A stretch of DNA of 63,365 bases, counting the filler, from Octopus bimaculoides (lineage: Eukaryota), in assembly GCF_001194135.2 (NCBI RefSeq). It is 4 parts of 4 records of this genome, joined end to end, with 100 filler letters (N's around TTAATTAATTAA, not from the genome) between each part and the next. Parts side by side here need not be neighbours in the genome. Positions count along the whole stretch, not along the records: positions 23,491 to 45,940 come from NC_069009.1; positions 46,041 to 62,247 come from NC_068983.1; 2 more parts are not named here. One strand, given 5' to 3'. Shown in pieces: positions 40,203 through 52,899 of the stretch. A program made the position numbers and the translations under genes. The notes under the pieces are model-generated. The model saw nothing but the letters and a program-made list of their open reading frames with translations. It made no database searches and was not told the DNA's origin. How positions within the stretch are numbered: the first letter of the stretch is position 1; each line of letters opens with the position of its first letter.

Positions 40203-41070
40203 GAGCAGTATTGGTATCCAAAAGACCCAAGGTTGCAGGTAATGCTATGTAAGTGTTATGGAAGGACTGTAGTTAAACTCTCAGTTCGATAATCCTCTTT
40301 AGTTTAAAGTTATGTCTAAAAAATTAGTGGTTTTGTGGAAATTTTCAAAAGTAATAGATAGATTGAGGCTAGAGAAAAAAAAATTGTGTAGATCTTTCCC
40401 AGCTCATTCTAAACAGGATTTATTTACGCTCTTGGTGACTAGCAAGGTGTCATCTATGTAGAGGCCTCCTTTAATGTTAGGGAAATGTATTTGGAGCTGG
40501 TGGGATATGTATAGTCCAACAAGGTCAGTGACTTGGGCGGAGTCGGATGATCCCATAGTAATGTCAAATAATTTGCTGTGGCTATAGTTATAGTGGTTGG
40601 CCCGGCACCAAAGTTTGTCCTCAAAAGAAATAAGGGTTTTATGAGCATTAAGGATTATGTTAATTCCTAATGGGGTTAGATTAGTTAGATTCCTAGCTAG
40701 AAGGAGAGATAAATTAAGAAGTTTGGGAGAAATAGAAGATTAGCAATTATTTATATTGAATTGTAGGAAAGAAACATTTCTACCACTTCTACACACCACT
40801 TTCCATGGATAATAGAACTGCAACTATAACATCTTTATATATTTTTATTTTTATTTTTACATTCATTCTCCTATTTCCCTCTATACTTCTTATTTCCTTC
40901 TTTTTAACCATCTAATATTTCCTTCTTTTTAACCATCTCGCATCGTCTCTGATGAAGGGATATTCCTAATATCCCAGAAACAGCTGTAAGACTAACTTTC
41001 TCTTTATAAATTGTTCTGAAAATTCCACATAGCCTTGACTTTGTTGTCTCATTTTATTTAACACCCACAC
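40200..41070 (-). mobile_element. Penelope-like element relic: RT core fragment plus adjacent terminal-repeat-like region
   Basis: Minus strand 40568-40449 reads FDITMGSSDSAQVTDLVGLYISHQLQIHFPNIKGGLYIDD, matching the Penelope RT pattern FDVTMGSxDxAExxxLVGLY...GLYRDD. Confidence 0.8.
40945..40992 (+). ncRNA. Type I minimal hammerhead ribozyme motif with palindromic stem III
   Basis: GTCT (stem I) - CTGATGA - A - GGGATATT cct AATATCCC (stem II) - A - GAA - ACAGCTGT (palindrome) - A - AGAC (stem I'). Predicted GUA cleavage after 40988. Confidence 0.7.
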
Positions 41071-41235
41071 ACACATATCAAAAGACTTCATAACTTGGAT
41101 TGAGAGAGAACTGGAAAAAAAAATCACAAATGAAGTACTTATGGTAGGCTTAGATTCATGTGATTGTATAACTTACAATTTCCTCCACATTACATTTCCA
41201 TCAATATATATGTGTATGTATATGTATGCATGTAC

Positions 41236-41282
<47 letters not shown>

Positions 41283-41494
41283 TGTATGTGTATACATTAA
41301 CTATCAGAAGTATATAACAGAAATAATCTTGTGTTGAGAGGGTTATTATGCCAATAATAACACATGCACTGGTTCAGCATCACTTTTTTTTGTTAGTCAG
41401 TTGGTTAAATATCTTACCAACTAACTAACTGGTCATTTGTTTAATGTGAATGTGTTGTTATTATTGGTGTAATAACCTTCTCAAGACATAAAAT

Positions 41495-42560
41495 TTGTTT
41501 CAACTCACAAATTCCCTTCAAGAATCTCACAAACCAATTACAAGAACAAAGTAACAGACCATGTTATAGTCCTTATCCTGTACTGTGTCAGTCCTCCATG
41601 ATGGGTTTTTTTTTTCTTTTTAAACCTTGTGCACAACAATCAATTACTTTAGGGGGAGAAATGAGACAAGTTTTGTATTTGGTATTGTTGACGTAAGTAA
41701 ATGAAGACCACTTTGTTTATTCATCTTTCTCTTTCTTCAAAAACACCCAATAAATATACATGGATACTGGAGTAAGTATAATTTAGCTGAAGTTGGATTA
41801 AACTTATAATTTGGGAGATATCTGCAGAAAGTAGTATTGACAACTTTTATATTTCCAACAGACACTCAAAAAAGATACACTGTCTTGCAGTGCAAGTTAA
41901 CTATTTTGCAGTGAATAGAAATTAGTTTTTGTGAATGAATCTTGTAGTTAAATTCATCAAAAATAAAAGAGACTTCAATCCCACAATATAATTTTTAAAA
42001 GATAAAATCATTAAATTTGGGATTTGTAAGAATTTTCTAAACAGTGTAGGCTTTAGTAATTGTTTCAACACACAAACAGACCTCATGTTATAGTCTTTAT
42101 CCTGTGCTGTAACAGGCTTCTATAATGGTTCTTTCTAAACCTTGTGCACAACATCAAATACTTTGGTAGAAAAAAATGAGACAAGTTTTGTATATGGTAC
42201 TGTTGTTTTTAATAAATTAAAACCACTTTTTTTTTTAATTCATCTTTCTCTTTCTTCAAAAGCACCCAATAAATATGCAAGGATACTAGTGTAAACATAA
42301 TTTATCTGTAGCTGGATTAAATTTATAATTTCGAGAAATGGTCTGACTGATATGTCTGTAGAAAGTAGCAGTAGAAACATTTGGACAATCTTAATATTTT
42401 CAGAAGAGTAAACAATACTAAAACAGACACTATCTTGCAGTTGACTATTCAAAAATCAGTTTTCTGATTGAAACTTAGGGTTGAAATCAGCAATAATAAA
42501 AAGAATCTTGAAAACTCCTGATTAAAAATTGGAATCTATAAAAATGTTCTTGACAGTTTA
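41495..42560. repeat. Old tandem duplication, two ~530-bp diverged units
   Basis: Shared blocks catgttatagtc(c/t)ttatcctg, aaaccttgtgcacaaca, aaatgagacaagttttgtat and ttcatctttctctttcttcaaaa(a/g)cacccaataaatat in the same order. Confidence 0.85.
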
Positions 42561-42880
42561 AATTTTATTAATTTCCTTCTTTTAGTAAACTATACAAGTA
42601 ATAAAGAAGCAGCTTCCTTCATTGTATTATAGGTTGTTGTTGTTGTTGTTGATGTTTTCTTTTAAGATTTAACCAGGATAACTGAGGCAGGACTCGTGAT
42701 CCAGTACTGGGTTACTGATGTTGGTGGAATGGAGGGTGGAAGTTGTCCTAAAATGGAAACCTGGCGTATATGATGTATATGTATGTTACATATTGCAATT
42801 GACACCAATGTTGTAAATGCAGATGTATAGAGTTCTAATCCTGCTGATGTTACTATTTCTATTTCTCCACACGACTGCAG

Positions 42881-43048
42881 TAAACGGAGGCTGGTCATCT
42901 TGGAGCCAGTGGACAGAGTGTTCGGTGAAGTGTGGTCGAGGGATACAGAAGAGGATGAGGTCCTGTTCCAACCCATCACCCTTGAACGGAGGAATGAACT
43001 GTCATGGAGACACCACCCAGAAGACATCTTGCAATGCACTCTGTCCAG
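42881..43048 (+). CDS. UNC5: UNC5 exon: first TSP1 repeat, (V)[55 protein letters not shown]
   Basis: Acceptor atttctccacacgactgcag and donor GTAAGG at 43049. 168 nt, phase 1-1. WSxWSxW, six Cys and NPxPLNGG motif. Confidence 0.96.
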
Positions 43049-43119
43049 GTAAGGTACAATCACATAATTGCATACACCCTCGTACTATATAGGCGGGTGT
43101 ATATATATACATACATACA

Positions 43120-43153
<34 letters not shown>

Positions 43154-44332
43154 CATACATACATACATATATATATATATATGCATCTGTGTGTATATAT
43201 ATATATGTATAGAATGTTTGAAGAGGTGTACAGATATTGTATATTGATGAAAAGGAGGCAGTCAGAATTTTGGATAATTTTTCGAACACAAGACAAAATC
43301 AAAATCATTTTGATTTTGATTTTTGCCTTGAGGAAAAACGAATGAAAGTGCTGATAAAGAATTATCCAAAATTCTGAATGCCTCCTCTTTCTCAGTATAT
43401 ATATAATACAAACACATACACACACACACACAAACATATATATATATATATATATTTATATATAGGTTTGGTAGTACAAAATATAAACAGGAAAATCAAA
43501 TTCAAAACATGAGTACACATTTTTATCTTTATCTTTTACTTGTTTCAATCATTAGACTGCGGCCATGCTGAGGCATTGCATTTTATTCGAAGAATTTTAG
43601 TTGAACAAATTGACCCTAGTACTTATTATTTATTTATTTATTTCTCTTTTGTAAACCCTGATACTTACTCTGTCGGTCTCTTTTCCAAAACTGCTAAACA
43701 CACCAACACATAACCACACCAACACCAGTTGTCAAGCAGTGGTGGGGTACAAAGAGCTACACAAAGACACACACACACACATATATATATATGATGGGCT
43801 TCTTTCAGTTTCCATTTAATTGTATCAGTCTCTTTTGCTGAACTGCTAAGTTACAGGGACATAAATGCACCAACACCAGTTGTCAAGCAGTAGTGGAGTA
43901 CAAACACCTACACAAACACACACACACACACACACAGATAGACAGATAAATAGATAAGAGGGACTTCTTTTGGTTTTCATGTACCAAATCCACTCAAAGT
44001 CTTTGGTCAGCCTGAGGCTATAGTAAAAGACAGTTGCCCAAGATGCCACACCTACACCTGTATCTATTTTTTATTTAATCAGCACCAATAAGAAGGTCCA
44101 GAGTTTCATACATTGAACCTGAGAGTTTGGTAAGTGCAGATGTATGAAACTCTTGGCTCTTGACTCTTCCTGTAACTTGCCAGTACCTGTCAAACCATCC
44201 AGCCCATGTCAGCATGGATAAATGGACATTAAATGATGATGATGATGATATATACTTATCTTCTGAATTCTATCTTCCTGTTACTATTATCAAACCTACA
44301 CACACACATATATATATATATATATCATTTAA

Positions 44333-45772
44333 TAAACAATATATATTTTTATGTGCTACTATTAGTTTCCTGTGCTGAGAGCATGCCAAATAGTGTTTTT
44401 TAACACATCTGATGTCCTAACACAATCATCAGACACTGCCCACATGACATAATGAACTAAAAATGGGACAATAGAATGAGAGAAAAGGCAAGAAACAAGT
44501 AGATATAAAAGGTGGAAGGTTGAAAAACTTGAAAACAAAAAAGAAATCAGTAAGAAGTAAATGTGGGGAAATAAAGTTATTTCCCATTAGACTGCGAAAG
44601 ATAGTGGCTTAGAGTCTGCAGTACAGTTACTCAATCAGGAGAGGGAGGCACTTGACACGTTCCTCATCAGGAACTTAGCCATGTGCTCACAACTTCTGAA
44701 AATTTTGGATCTAGAATTCAGCAGTGAGTTAGAGTTCTTAGATTTGAAAAGGATACAAGTTCTTTCAACTACACATAGCTTACATTGTTTTGATCAGTTA
44801 ACATATGGTGTAGATTTTTAGACAATTTTCCACTTTATTGTATGTGGTGTAGCATTTGATTTCAGACCCCCATATGTGGTTAGCCAGCTTAGTAGTTTTT
44901 CTTTTGTCCCTGGGTTGGAAAGGGGATAGTGATTTTTTACTTCACTTTCACAAAGTCCAATATAGCCCTTCCTGTCGGTTGTGTTATTATCTAGCATTGC
45001 CGTAATTTCTGCCTCGTAGATGATGGACTTAATCATACACAGCTGGCTGGGTTAACAGGTTCCTGGGTCTTGACGGTTAGAACTGAGAGGGGAGGTCTTG
45101 ATGTGGGTGTCATGTAATGATACTCTTCATATTGGAGCAGCAGCTATATGATAATTTCACTGAGCACCTGTTAAATATTCTTCTGTACCTGTGATTTTCT
45201 GGAGAATGTTTGTCTAGGAATCTTTTACCTATGTTAGTTTTTACATTAAGGGAAAAGGAAGGGGTGAATCAAATTATTTTCCTAACTCTATTATTATTAT
45301 TATTCTAATTATTATTAGAGGCATTGTATATTAATTTATCCTTAAAGCCACTATTGGCTAGGGGGTTGTTGCAGTAGGGGATTGCCTTCTCAAAAATTTC
45401 TATAGAGGAAGAGAGTTAGAAACTCTGTTATTAATGATAGCTATCAGGTTTTTAAATACTACAGAATGATGACAAGACTATTTATGTGTATAGGAAAGAT
45501 TTTTGTTGGGCTTATTGGTAAGGTTTATAAGCGGAAGAGGTCAGGTTTAGGAAAGCATCTAAAAATTTGTCTAAAATTGGTTTTCTACCTTTTATATCTA
45601 TATCTTTCTCACCTTTTCTTGCTTTTTCTCTCATCCTATCGTCCTATTTTTAGTTCATTATGCCATATGTGCCCTGATGATTGTGGTAGGACACCAGACA
45701 TGTTAAAAACACTGTTTGGCATGCACTCTGCACATGAAATTATCAGTAGCTCATAAATACATATATTGTGTT
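44333..45772 (-). mobile_element. Penelope-like element relic: GIY-YIG endonuclease fragment flanked by inverted ~190-bp terminal repeats
   Basis: Minus ORF 44818-45036 reads SIIYEAEIT...GYIGLCESEVK...IKWKIV. 44333-44519 is the diverged reverse complement of 45583-45772, and both contain CTGATGA. Confidence 0.75.
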
Positions 45773-45893
45773 TACTAAATAATACTTATCTCTCACCAGA
45801 TGGAGTACTTTTTTTTTGTTGATCTTATCTTCACGAAACAGTACACTATATATATATATATATACACAAATACAGATACAGGCATGTAATATA

Positions 45894-45940
<47 letters not shown>

Positions 45941-46040
45941 NNNNNNNNNNNNNNNNNNNNNNNNNNNNNNNNNNNNNNNNNNNNTTAATTAATTAANNNN
46001 NNNNNNNNNNNNNNNNNNNNNNNNNNNNNNNNNNNNNNNN
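45941..46040. other. Unsized scaffold join: 44 N + TTAATTAATTAA + 44 N
   Basis: Same 100-bp construct as at 23391 and 62248. Confidence 0.95.
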
Positions 46041-46299
46041 AGAGAGAGAGAGAGAGTGAGTGAGAGAGAGAGAGAGAGTGAGAGAGAGAGATGAATGAAT
46101 TTATATATACAAATTTCTGTTCGTCTGTCTCTACAGGCAAATGAACGGAGATGTATGTATGTATGTATGTATGTATGTAGGTATATATGTATGCATGCAT
46201 GTATGTATGTATGTATGTATGTTTGTATGTATGTATGTATGTAGGCATGCACGTATGCAACCATGTGTGTTTAATAAAAGTTCGGTCGGGAGATTTGGA

Positions 46300-46756
46300 A
46301 AGACAAGGAAAAAAAAAAAGCAATACGAAACAGCACAATGAAAGTGAAAGTAAAAGACGAACAAAGCAGGCTAAGAGAATCACATCGCGAATCAGAACCA
46401 CAACAAAGTCACAACAACCACTGCCGTCATAATTGTACCGGTGCAACCACCACCAATCACAACAGCCGCTGGCCAACGGAGAACTCTCTTAGCGGTCGCA
46501 CGCTCAGCCAAGTAGAAATAGCAACTAAATTCCCCTCCAACACCACTCTCGGGAGGAAGAAATATTTGAAAATGGAGTCGGAGGGAGGGAAAAACAAAGA
46601 TGTGATGGTCACAGTTGGGACGCTTTTGATATGTCAACACTGACTTGAGACCAAACAGCAACAATAATTAACAATCTCGTCTCTCTGTCTTTCTCTAAAA
46701 TGATGATGATGATGGTGATGTATCATCAAGATCGTCGTCATCGTGGTCGTGGTCAC

Positions 46757-46793
<37 letters not shown>

Positions 46794-46963
46794 GTCGTCG
46801 TCGTCGTCGTCGTCGTCATCATCATTAACTTCCGCTGTGGATACAATTGTTGTTATGTATATTACGTCTTTGTATGTTAAAATATGCTATAGTTGCTGCT
46901 GTTGTACTTATTGTTATTGTTGAGTGGCTGTACCGACTGTTATGGTTGGTGGGACACGCGGCT

Positions 46964-47018
<55 letters not shown>

Positions 47019-47019
47019 A

Positions 47020-47052
<33 letters not shown>

Positions 47053-47084
47053 GCCTTCCACAATAAATATACTTGCTCCTCCTA

Positions 47085-47119
<35 letters not shown>

Positions 47120-47596
47120 ACAGCAACTATTCAGGTCCACCACCACCAATACCCTCGCCGCCACCACCACTACCAGTTTCTACTTACAGTATACTGTTAC
47201 TGCCACTGCTACTGCGGTTAAATCTTCCTCCTCCTCCTTATCCTCCTTCGGCCATTGTGGCTATTGAACTCATCACTGCAACCACAACGACTGGCTGTTG
47301 ATGTTACTGCTGCTGGTTCTGTTGCTGTTGTTGTTGTTGTTATCACTGCTATTGCCGCTACTGGAGTCGTTGTCGTTCGTCTTGTTGTCGTTGTTATTGT
47401 TGTTGTTGGCGATGGCGTTGTAGCAGTAGTAGTAGTAGTAGTGGTTGTTGTTGTTGTGAATGCAAGTTCGATCGACGGTCGAAATTGGCCGCTGCCCGCC
47501 CGCTCGCCTGCCAGCCAGCCAGCCTGCCTGCTTTCAACAGTTAGCCGCCGAGAGCCGCGCAGGGCGCGATCCCCGACTCCCAAACCAAAAAAAAGC
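46300..47596 (+). promoter_or_regulatory. CpG-rich putative promoter/5' leader of the SNAG gene, interrupted by (TAC)n, (TAT)n and (GTT)n tracts
   Basis: Non-repeat CpG-rich blocks at 46380-46620 (CCAAT at 46453) and 47461-47596, the latter directly preceding an ATG in an A-rich context. Confidence 0.55.
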
Positions 47597-47705
47597 ATGC
47601 CTCGCTCGTTCATGGTGAAATGTGGAGTGAGACGGCGCTGTGGACTTCAGTCGTCACCCAACCGGGTGGATTCTGACTACCTGGAGGAGTACTTCCCCGC
47701 AATCA
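47597..47705 (+). CDS. First coding exon of a SNAG-domain transcriptional repressor (Snail/Scratch/Gfi/Ovo/Insm group): MPRSFMVKCGVRRRCGLQSSPNRVDSDYLEEYFPAI
   Basis: aaaagcATG start context. MPRSFMVK is a near-perfect SNAG motif (MPRSFLVK). A GTGAGT donor follows at 47706 after 36 codons + 1 nt, the short phase-1 first coding exon typical of these families. No zinc-finger exons are seen in the window. Confidence 0.82.
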
Positions 47706-49297
47706 GTGAGTTTCAAAACAACAAATATATGCGCATACACACTCCTATTATGTTTAATATATACAGCGCATTGCTCTCTTACCATTTATACTTACGAGTG
47801 TATGTATGTATGTATGTATGTATGTATATTGCATATAGGCTTGAATGCTTACGTACATACATACATACATGCATACATACAGACGTGCATGCATGTACGC
47901 ACACATTCATATGTATGTGTATGTGTGTGTGTATATATATGTATGTATTTATATATATATANNNNNNNNNNNNNNNNNNNNNNNNNNNNNNNNNNNNNNN
48001 NNNNNNNNNNNNNNNNNNNNNNNNNNNNNNNNNNNNNNNNNNNNNNNNNNNNNNNNNNNNNNNNNNNNNNNNNNNNNNNNNNNNNNNNNNNNNNNNNNNN
48101 NNNNNNNNNNNNNNNNNNNNNNNNNNNNNNNNNNNNNNNNNNNNNNNNNNNNNNNNNNNNNNNNNNNNNNNNNNNNNNNNNNNNNNNNNNNNNNNNNNNN
48201 NNNNNNNNNNNNNNNNNNNNNNNNNNNNNNNNNNNNNNNNNNNNNNNNNNNNNNNNNNNNNNNNNNNNNNNNNNNNNNNNNNNNNNNNNNNNNNNNNNNN
48301 NNNNNNNNNNNNNNNNNNNNNNNNNNNNNNNNNNNNNNNNNNNNNNNNNNNNNNNNNNNNNNNNNNNNNNNNNNNNNNNNNNNNNNNNNNNNNNNNNNNN
48401 NNNNNNNNNNNNNNNNNNNNNNNNNNNNNNNNNNNNNNNNNNNNNNNNNNNNNNNNNNNNNNNNNNNNNNNNNNNNNNNNNNNNNNNNNNNNNNNNNNNN
48501 NNNNNNNNNNNNNNNNNNNNNNNNNNNNNNNNNNNNNATATATGTATATATATATGTATATATATAACAAATAATCACATACATACACAAACATATACAT
48601 ACATACATACATACATACATACACACATATTCATACATACATGCATATTTATGTATATGTATTTATACATGTCAATGCCTATGTGTGTGATGTACACACA
48701 CACACATACACACACACGTATGCATACATACATATATGCATGTTTAAAGCCTTATTTTTTATTTTACTTAATTTTGCAGTATAATTAATGTTGTTTTTGT
48801 TGTTGTTGTTTAACCCCAGGTCATTTCTGGCTGTGGAAGCCTATAGTGCAAAACGTTCCAGGCACCACAAACAATTCTGTTGTTTTGGGGTTCTTTTTTA
48901 CTCGTTTTATTTTATTTTTTGGGGGAGTTAATTTATCTTGGATTTATGAATTGCATTTTTTTCTTTTGTTTTTTTTTATATAACTGAAAGGTTTGATTTA
49001 AGGGAGATTTGACTGCTGTTGTTGGCCTGTCGAGCACTACATTTAGGCTCCTTGTTGATTTATGAATGATGTTATTTTTTCTGCTGTTGTTATTGTTGTT
49101 CTAGTATTGTTGTTTAGTCCCGGTTCAGCCTTGAACCAGAGGAGCTCGTCTTCATCTTACGTGCAAGGAACCCAACGTGTCATTATCCCACAATTCATTC
49201 ATTCTTTTTATGACGTCGAAGAGTTATTTCGGGGAGATTTGGTTACTATTTCTAGCACAGGTCTTATTTCTGATAGTCTGATAATGTTTGTTTTTTT

Positions 49298-49394
<97 letters not shown>

Positions 49395-49420
49395 TACACG
49401 TACGTACGTATGTATGTATG

Positions 49421-49454
<34 letters not shown>

Positions 49455-51994
49455 TAAAAGAACACGATTAGAGTTTAAAGATACACCGTATTCGTATATA
49501 TGCGCGCATATAGGTTGTATGTGTATGACACGTCTAAGTCCGTGTGAGACCCCCGGCGTCCTGAATGTTATGATACCTAGATTCTAACGAATTCCTACAA
49601 CTGATTAATATTATGTAAGCATGTATGTATGTATATTCACACATGTGTATGGTTTCTATATATATATATATATNNNNNNNNNNNNNNNNNNNNNNNNNNN
49701 NNNNNNNNNNNNNNNNNNNNNNNNNNNNNNNNNNNNNNNNNNNNNNNNNNNNNNNNNNNNNNNNNNNNNNNNNNNNNNNNNNNNNNNNNNNNNNNNNNNN
49801 NNNNNNNNNNNNNNNNNNNNNNNNNNNNNNNNNNNNNNNNNNNNNNNNNNNNNNNNNNNNNNNNNNNACGGTTTAAACAATAAATTACCTGCCTCTGGAT
49901 GCCCTCTAACCAAGACGGTACCCACACAGGTGATTCTCAGGAGTGCCTCCGGATTTAAACATCCTCTGGTTGCTTGGATGCTTCAGACTACCCCTGAAGG
50001 ATTGAGGCAACCCTATCATTTACCTATATATATATATATATCTGTGTGTGTGTGTGTGTGTGTGTGTAATACATACATATCTGTACGTTTATTATATAAT
50101 GTATGCGTGATTGTGTGCAATGAAGATCGTCCACTAGCCGCCACCACCACCACCACCACCACCACTATCACCACAATCACCAGCATCGCTACCGTCATCA
50201 TCATCTTTATCATTAATATTCAAAATATTAATATCTATCAGAGTTATTCATTGTTGTTGTTGTTGTCGTCGTTGTTCAAGACGGAGAACTGATAGACTCG
50301 TTATACTGTCAGAAAGTAAAATACCTTGTGGTATTTATTCCGGCTGTTATTATACTAATCCAAATCCCACCGCTATGTGTGTCCCCCACTCCACCGTTTG
50401 ACAACCGTCGTTTGCGTGTTTACATCCCTGTAACGTAGCGGTGTGGCCAAAGAGATCGAGAGAATAAGCATCAGACTTAAAAAAAGAAAAAGAAGACTGG
50501 GGTTGATTCATTCGACTAAAAACTCTTCAAGGCTGTGCCCCAGCATGGTCGCAGTCTAATGAATGAAACAAGTAAAAGATGAAAAAATCCTATTCTATTT
50601 AGTTGTAAAAATCACAAACACACACATACATACGAAACGATCACACACACAGTCACATATGCTTTCATACATGTACACGCACACACATACATACTCACGC
50701 ATGCAAATCGATTTACCACACCCTCTTTGAATTCTTTTATAAATACTTCTCTATTTTCATAGGATAATGTACTTGTGATGTAAACTGACATTTGTTTCTG
50801 TATTGTCCTTGTGGCAAATAAAAGAAGCTGACATTATTATAATCAAGATCAATGTCCCAGTAATAATGGTTTCAAATTTTGGAACGAGGCCGACAATTCT
50901 GGGGACGAGATTAAGTCGACTACATCGATGCCAGTGCTCAACTGGTACTTATTTTATCGACCTCGAAAGGAATGAAAGGCGAAGTCGACCTCGGCGGAAT
51001 TTGAACTCAGATCGTAACGTCAGAAGAAATGATGCTAAGCATTGTGTCTGGCGTGCTAACGATTCTGCCAGCTCTCCGCCTTACAATACCAGTGATAATA
51101 ATGTTTGTTTATTCTATAAATACCCCGAAACTTTCTTCTTTTGCTCTAAACAGAGTGACTTCTTATGCAGATCCGTTTGAGCAGCATTATAGCGCCTAAC
51201 CCCGGCAAAGCAACGCACTGGACACAGTAGTGTAAGCCACAACATAGATACATCAAAATTAGTTCTATAGACCAGTGGGGGTCTGGGTTACTGCCCAGAG
51301 GGCTCTGTTTATTTGTCTATTTATTTGTTCCCTCTCAGAAGAAGAGATTCTTTCTGTTCTAGTAATTTCTTTCCTCAAACGTCTGTCTAACGAAACTCCC
51401 TTTCTTCTTCTTTCCTTGATAAATATAACATTCTTTTTTAAAAATTTGTTGCTGTGTGATAAAAAGTTTGCTTCCCAACCACATGGCTTCCTCACTGCAT
51501 GGCACCTTGGACAAATGTCTTCTATTATAGCTCGGCCCGACCAAGGCCTTGCGAGTGAATTTGGTAGACGGAAACTGAAAGAAGCTCGTCTTGTGTGTAT
51601 GTGTGTTTGTCCCTCACCACCGCTTAACAACTCGTGTTGGTGTGTTTACGCCCTCGTAACTTAGCAGTTCGGCAAAGGGAAGGTAGAATTAATACCAGGC
51701 TTAAAAAACGTACTGGAGAAGAATCGTTTGGCTGAAATTCTGCAAGGCGGTGTTCCAGCATGGTCGCAGTGTAATGACTGAGACAAGCAAAATGATAAAA
51801 AAGATAATTTTCTGATTTTTTTTACAACTTCTGATTACATTCCCCTGCACACACGCACTTTTTTTGCGGTTCCCAGCGCACCATGTAGTTGTTTGAGCTC
51901 TGTTTTATTGTCGGTTACTTGTCCTGCGTGTAACTTTCATCAAAAGAATAATGCAATCAACCTCACCTTTACCACGAGTTTATATCAGTATGAC

Positions 51995-52074
<80 letters not shown>

Positions 52075-52659
52075 CTATCGTAATTATCATCATTGTCTTT
52101 ATTACTGAGTATACAGCTCAGAAAAAGATAGATAGATAGAGAGAGAGAGAGAATGGAAGAGAATACTTGCCCTTGTCAGTAAGGGCACTCTGGGATTCTG
52201 ATTGGCCCCAGGTGATTGTAGCTGTACTGGGACCTTTCCAATTCTATTTTCTTTGAGGATGTTGCGTTTTTATAGTTGTTTATTCTCATACCTGATTTTA
52301 TATATCAGTTCCCAGCCTTTTGCTTATTTTGGTAATTTATTCCTGTGATCCCCTTGCTAACGTGGAAGAAAATACCTTCAGACCAAAAGCCACCCAGTTT
52401 AACTCTGTTCTTCATCTTTTAGGTGTTAAATACAGCTTCGATATAGTTACCTGTTCCACTCTAAAACAGGTGGCCTTGTGCCAATATTAGATACAATTAT
52501 TATTATCTTTATTATTAAAATATACTTCATTCTTTATATTGTATACCATGTAGATTGGTATTTAATTTCTGTTATTTAATTTCTCTCATACCATTCTATG
52601 CAAATCTTCACTCTTTAGGTCCGTCTTTGTAGTGTACTCTTCATCCGTCATCCAGGAGA

Positions 52660-52750
<91 letters not shown>

Positions 52751-52899
52751 GGATTTCTTTATCAACCACAAGAGTTTACATTAAGAAAAATATTATGGCC
52801 AGTATAGGATAAAGCAAAAGAATGTGTGTGTGTGTGTGTGTGTTGTGAGGGTTTTGCGTGTAAAAATACTGACAAAAGTTTTTTTAAAATCAACAACGT

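Noticed and set aside
44640-44680. CTGATGA on the minus strand (also + strand at ~22313 and ~35995) as hammerheads
   Set aside because: No stem II followed by GAAA.
45780-45830. ccag/atggagta as the start of the UNC5 TSP2 exon
   Set aside because: There is no WSxW or Cys pattern, and the frame runs into a T tract and a stop.
47255-48574. 439-aa ORF and other long ORFs spanning N runs or microsatellites
   Set aside because: Their length comes from Ns and stop-free simple repeats. Only 47597-47705 is credible coding sequence.
49062-49457. ORF with a signal-peptide-like start (MNDVIFSAVVIVVLVLLF)
   Set aside because: It is built from a (GTT)-rich tract, a dispersed repeat also seen near 37990 and 48810, and (CA)n.
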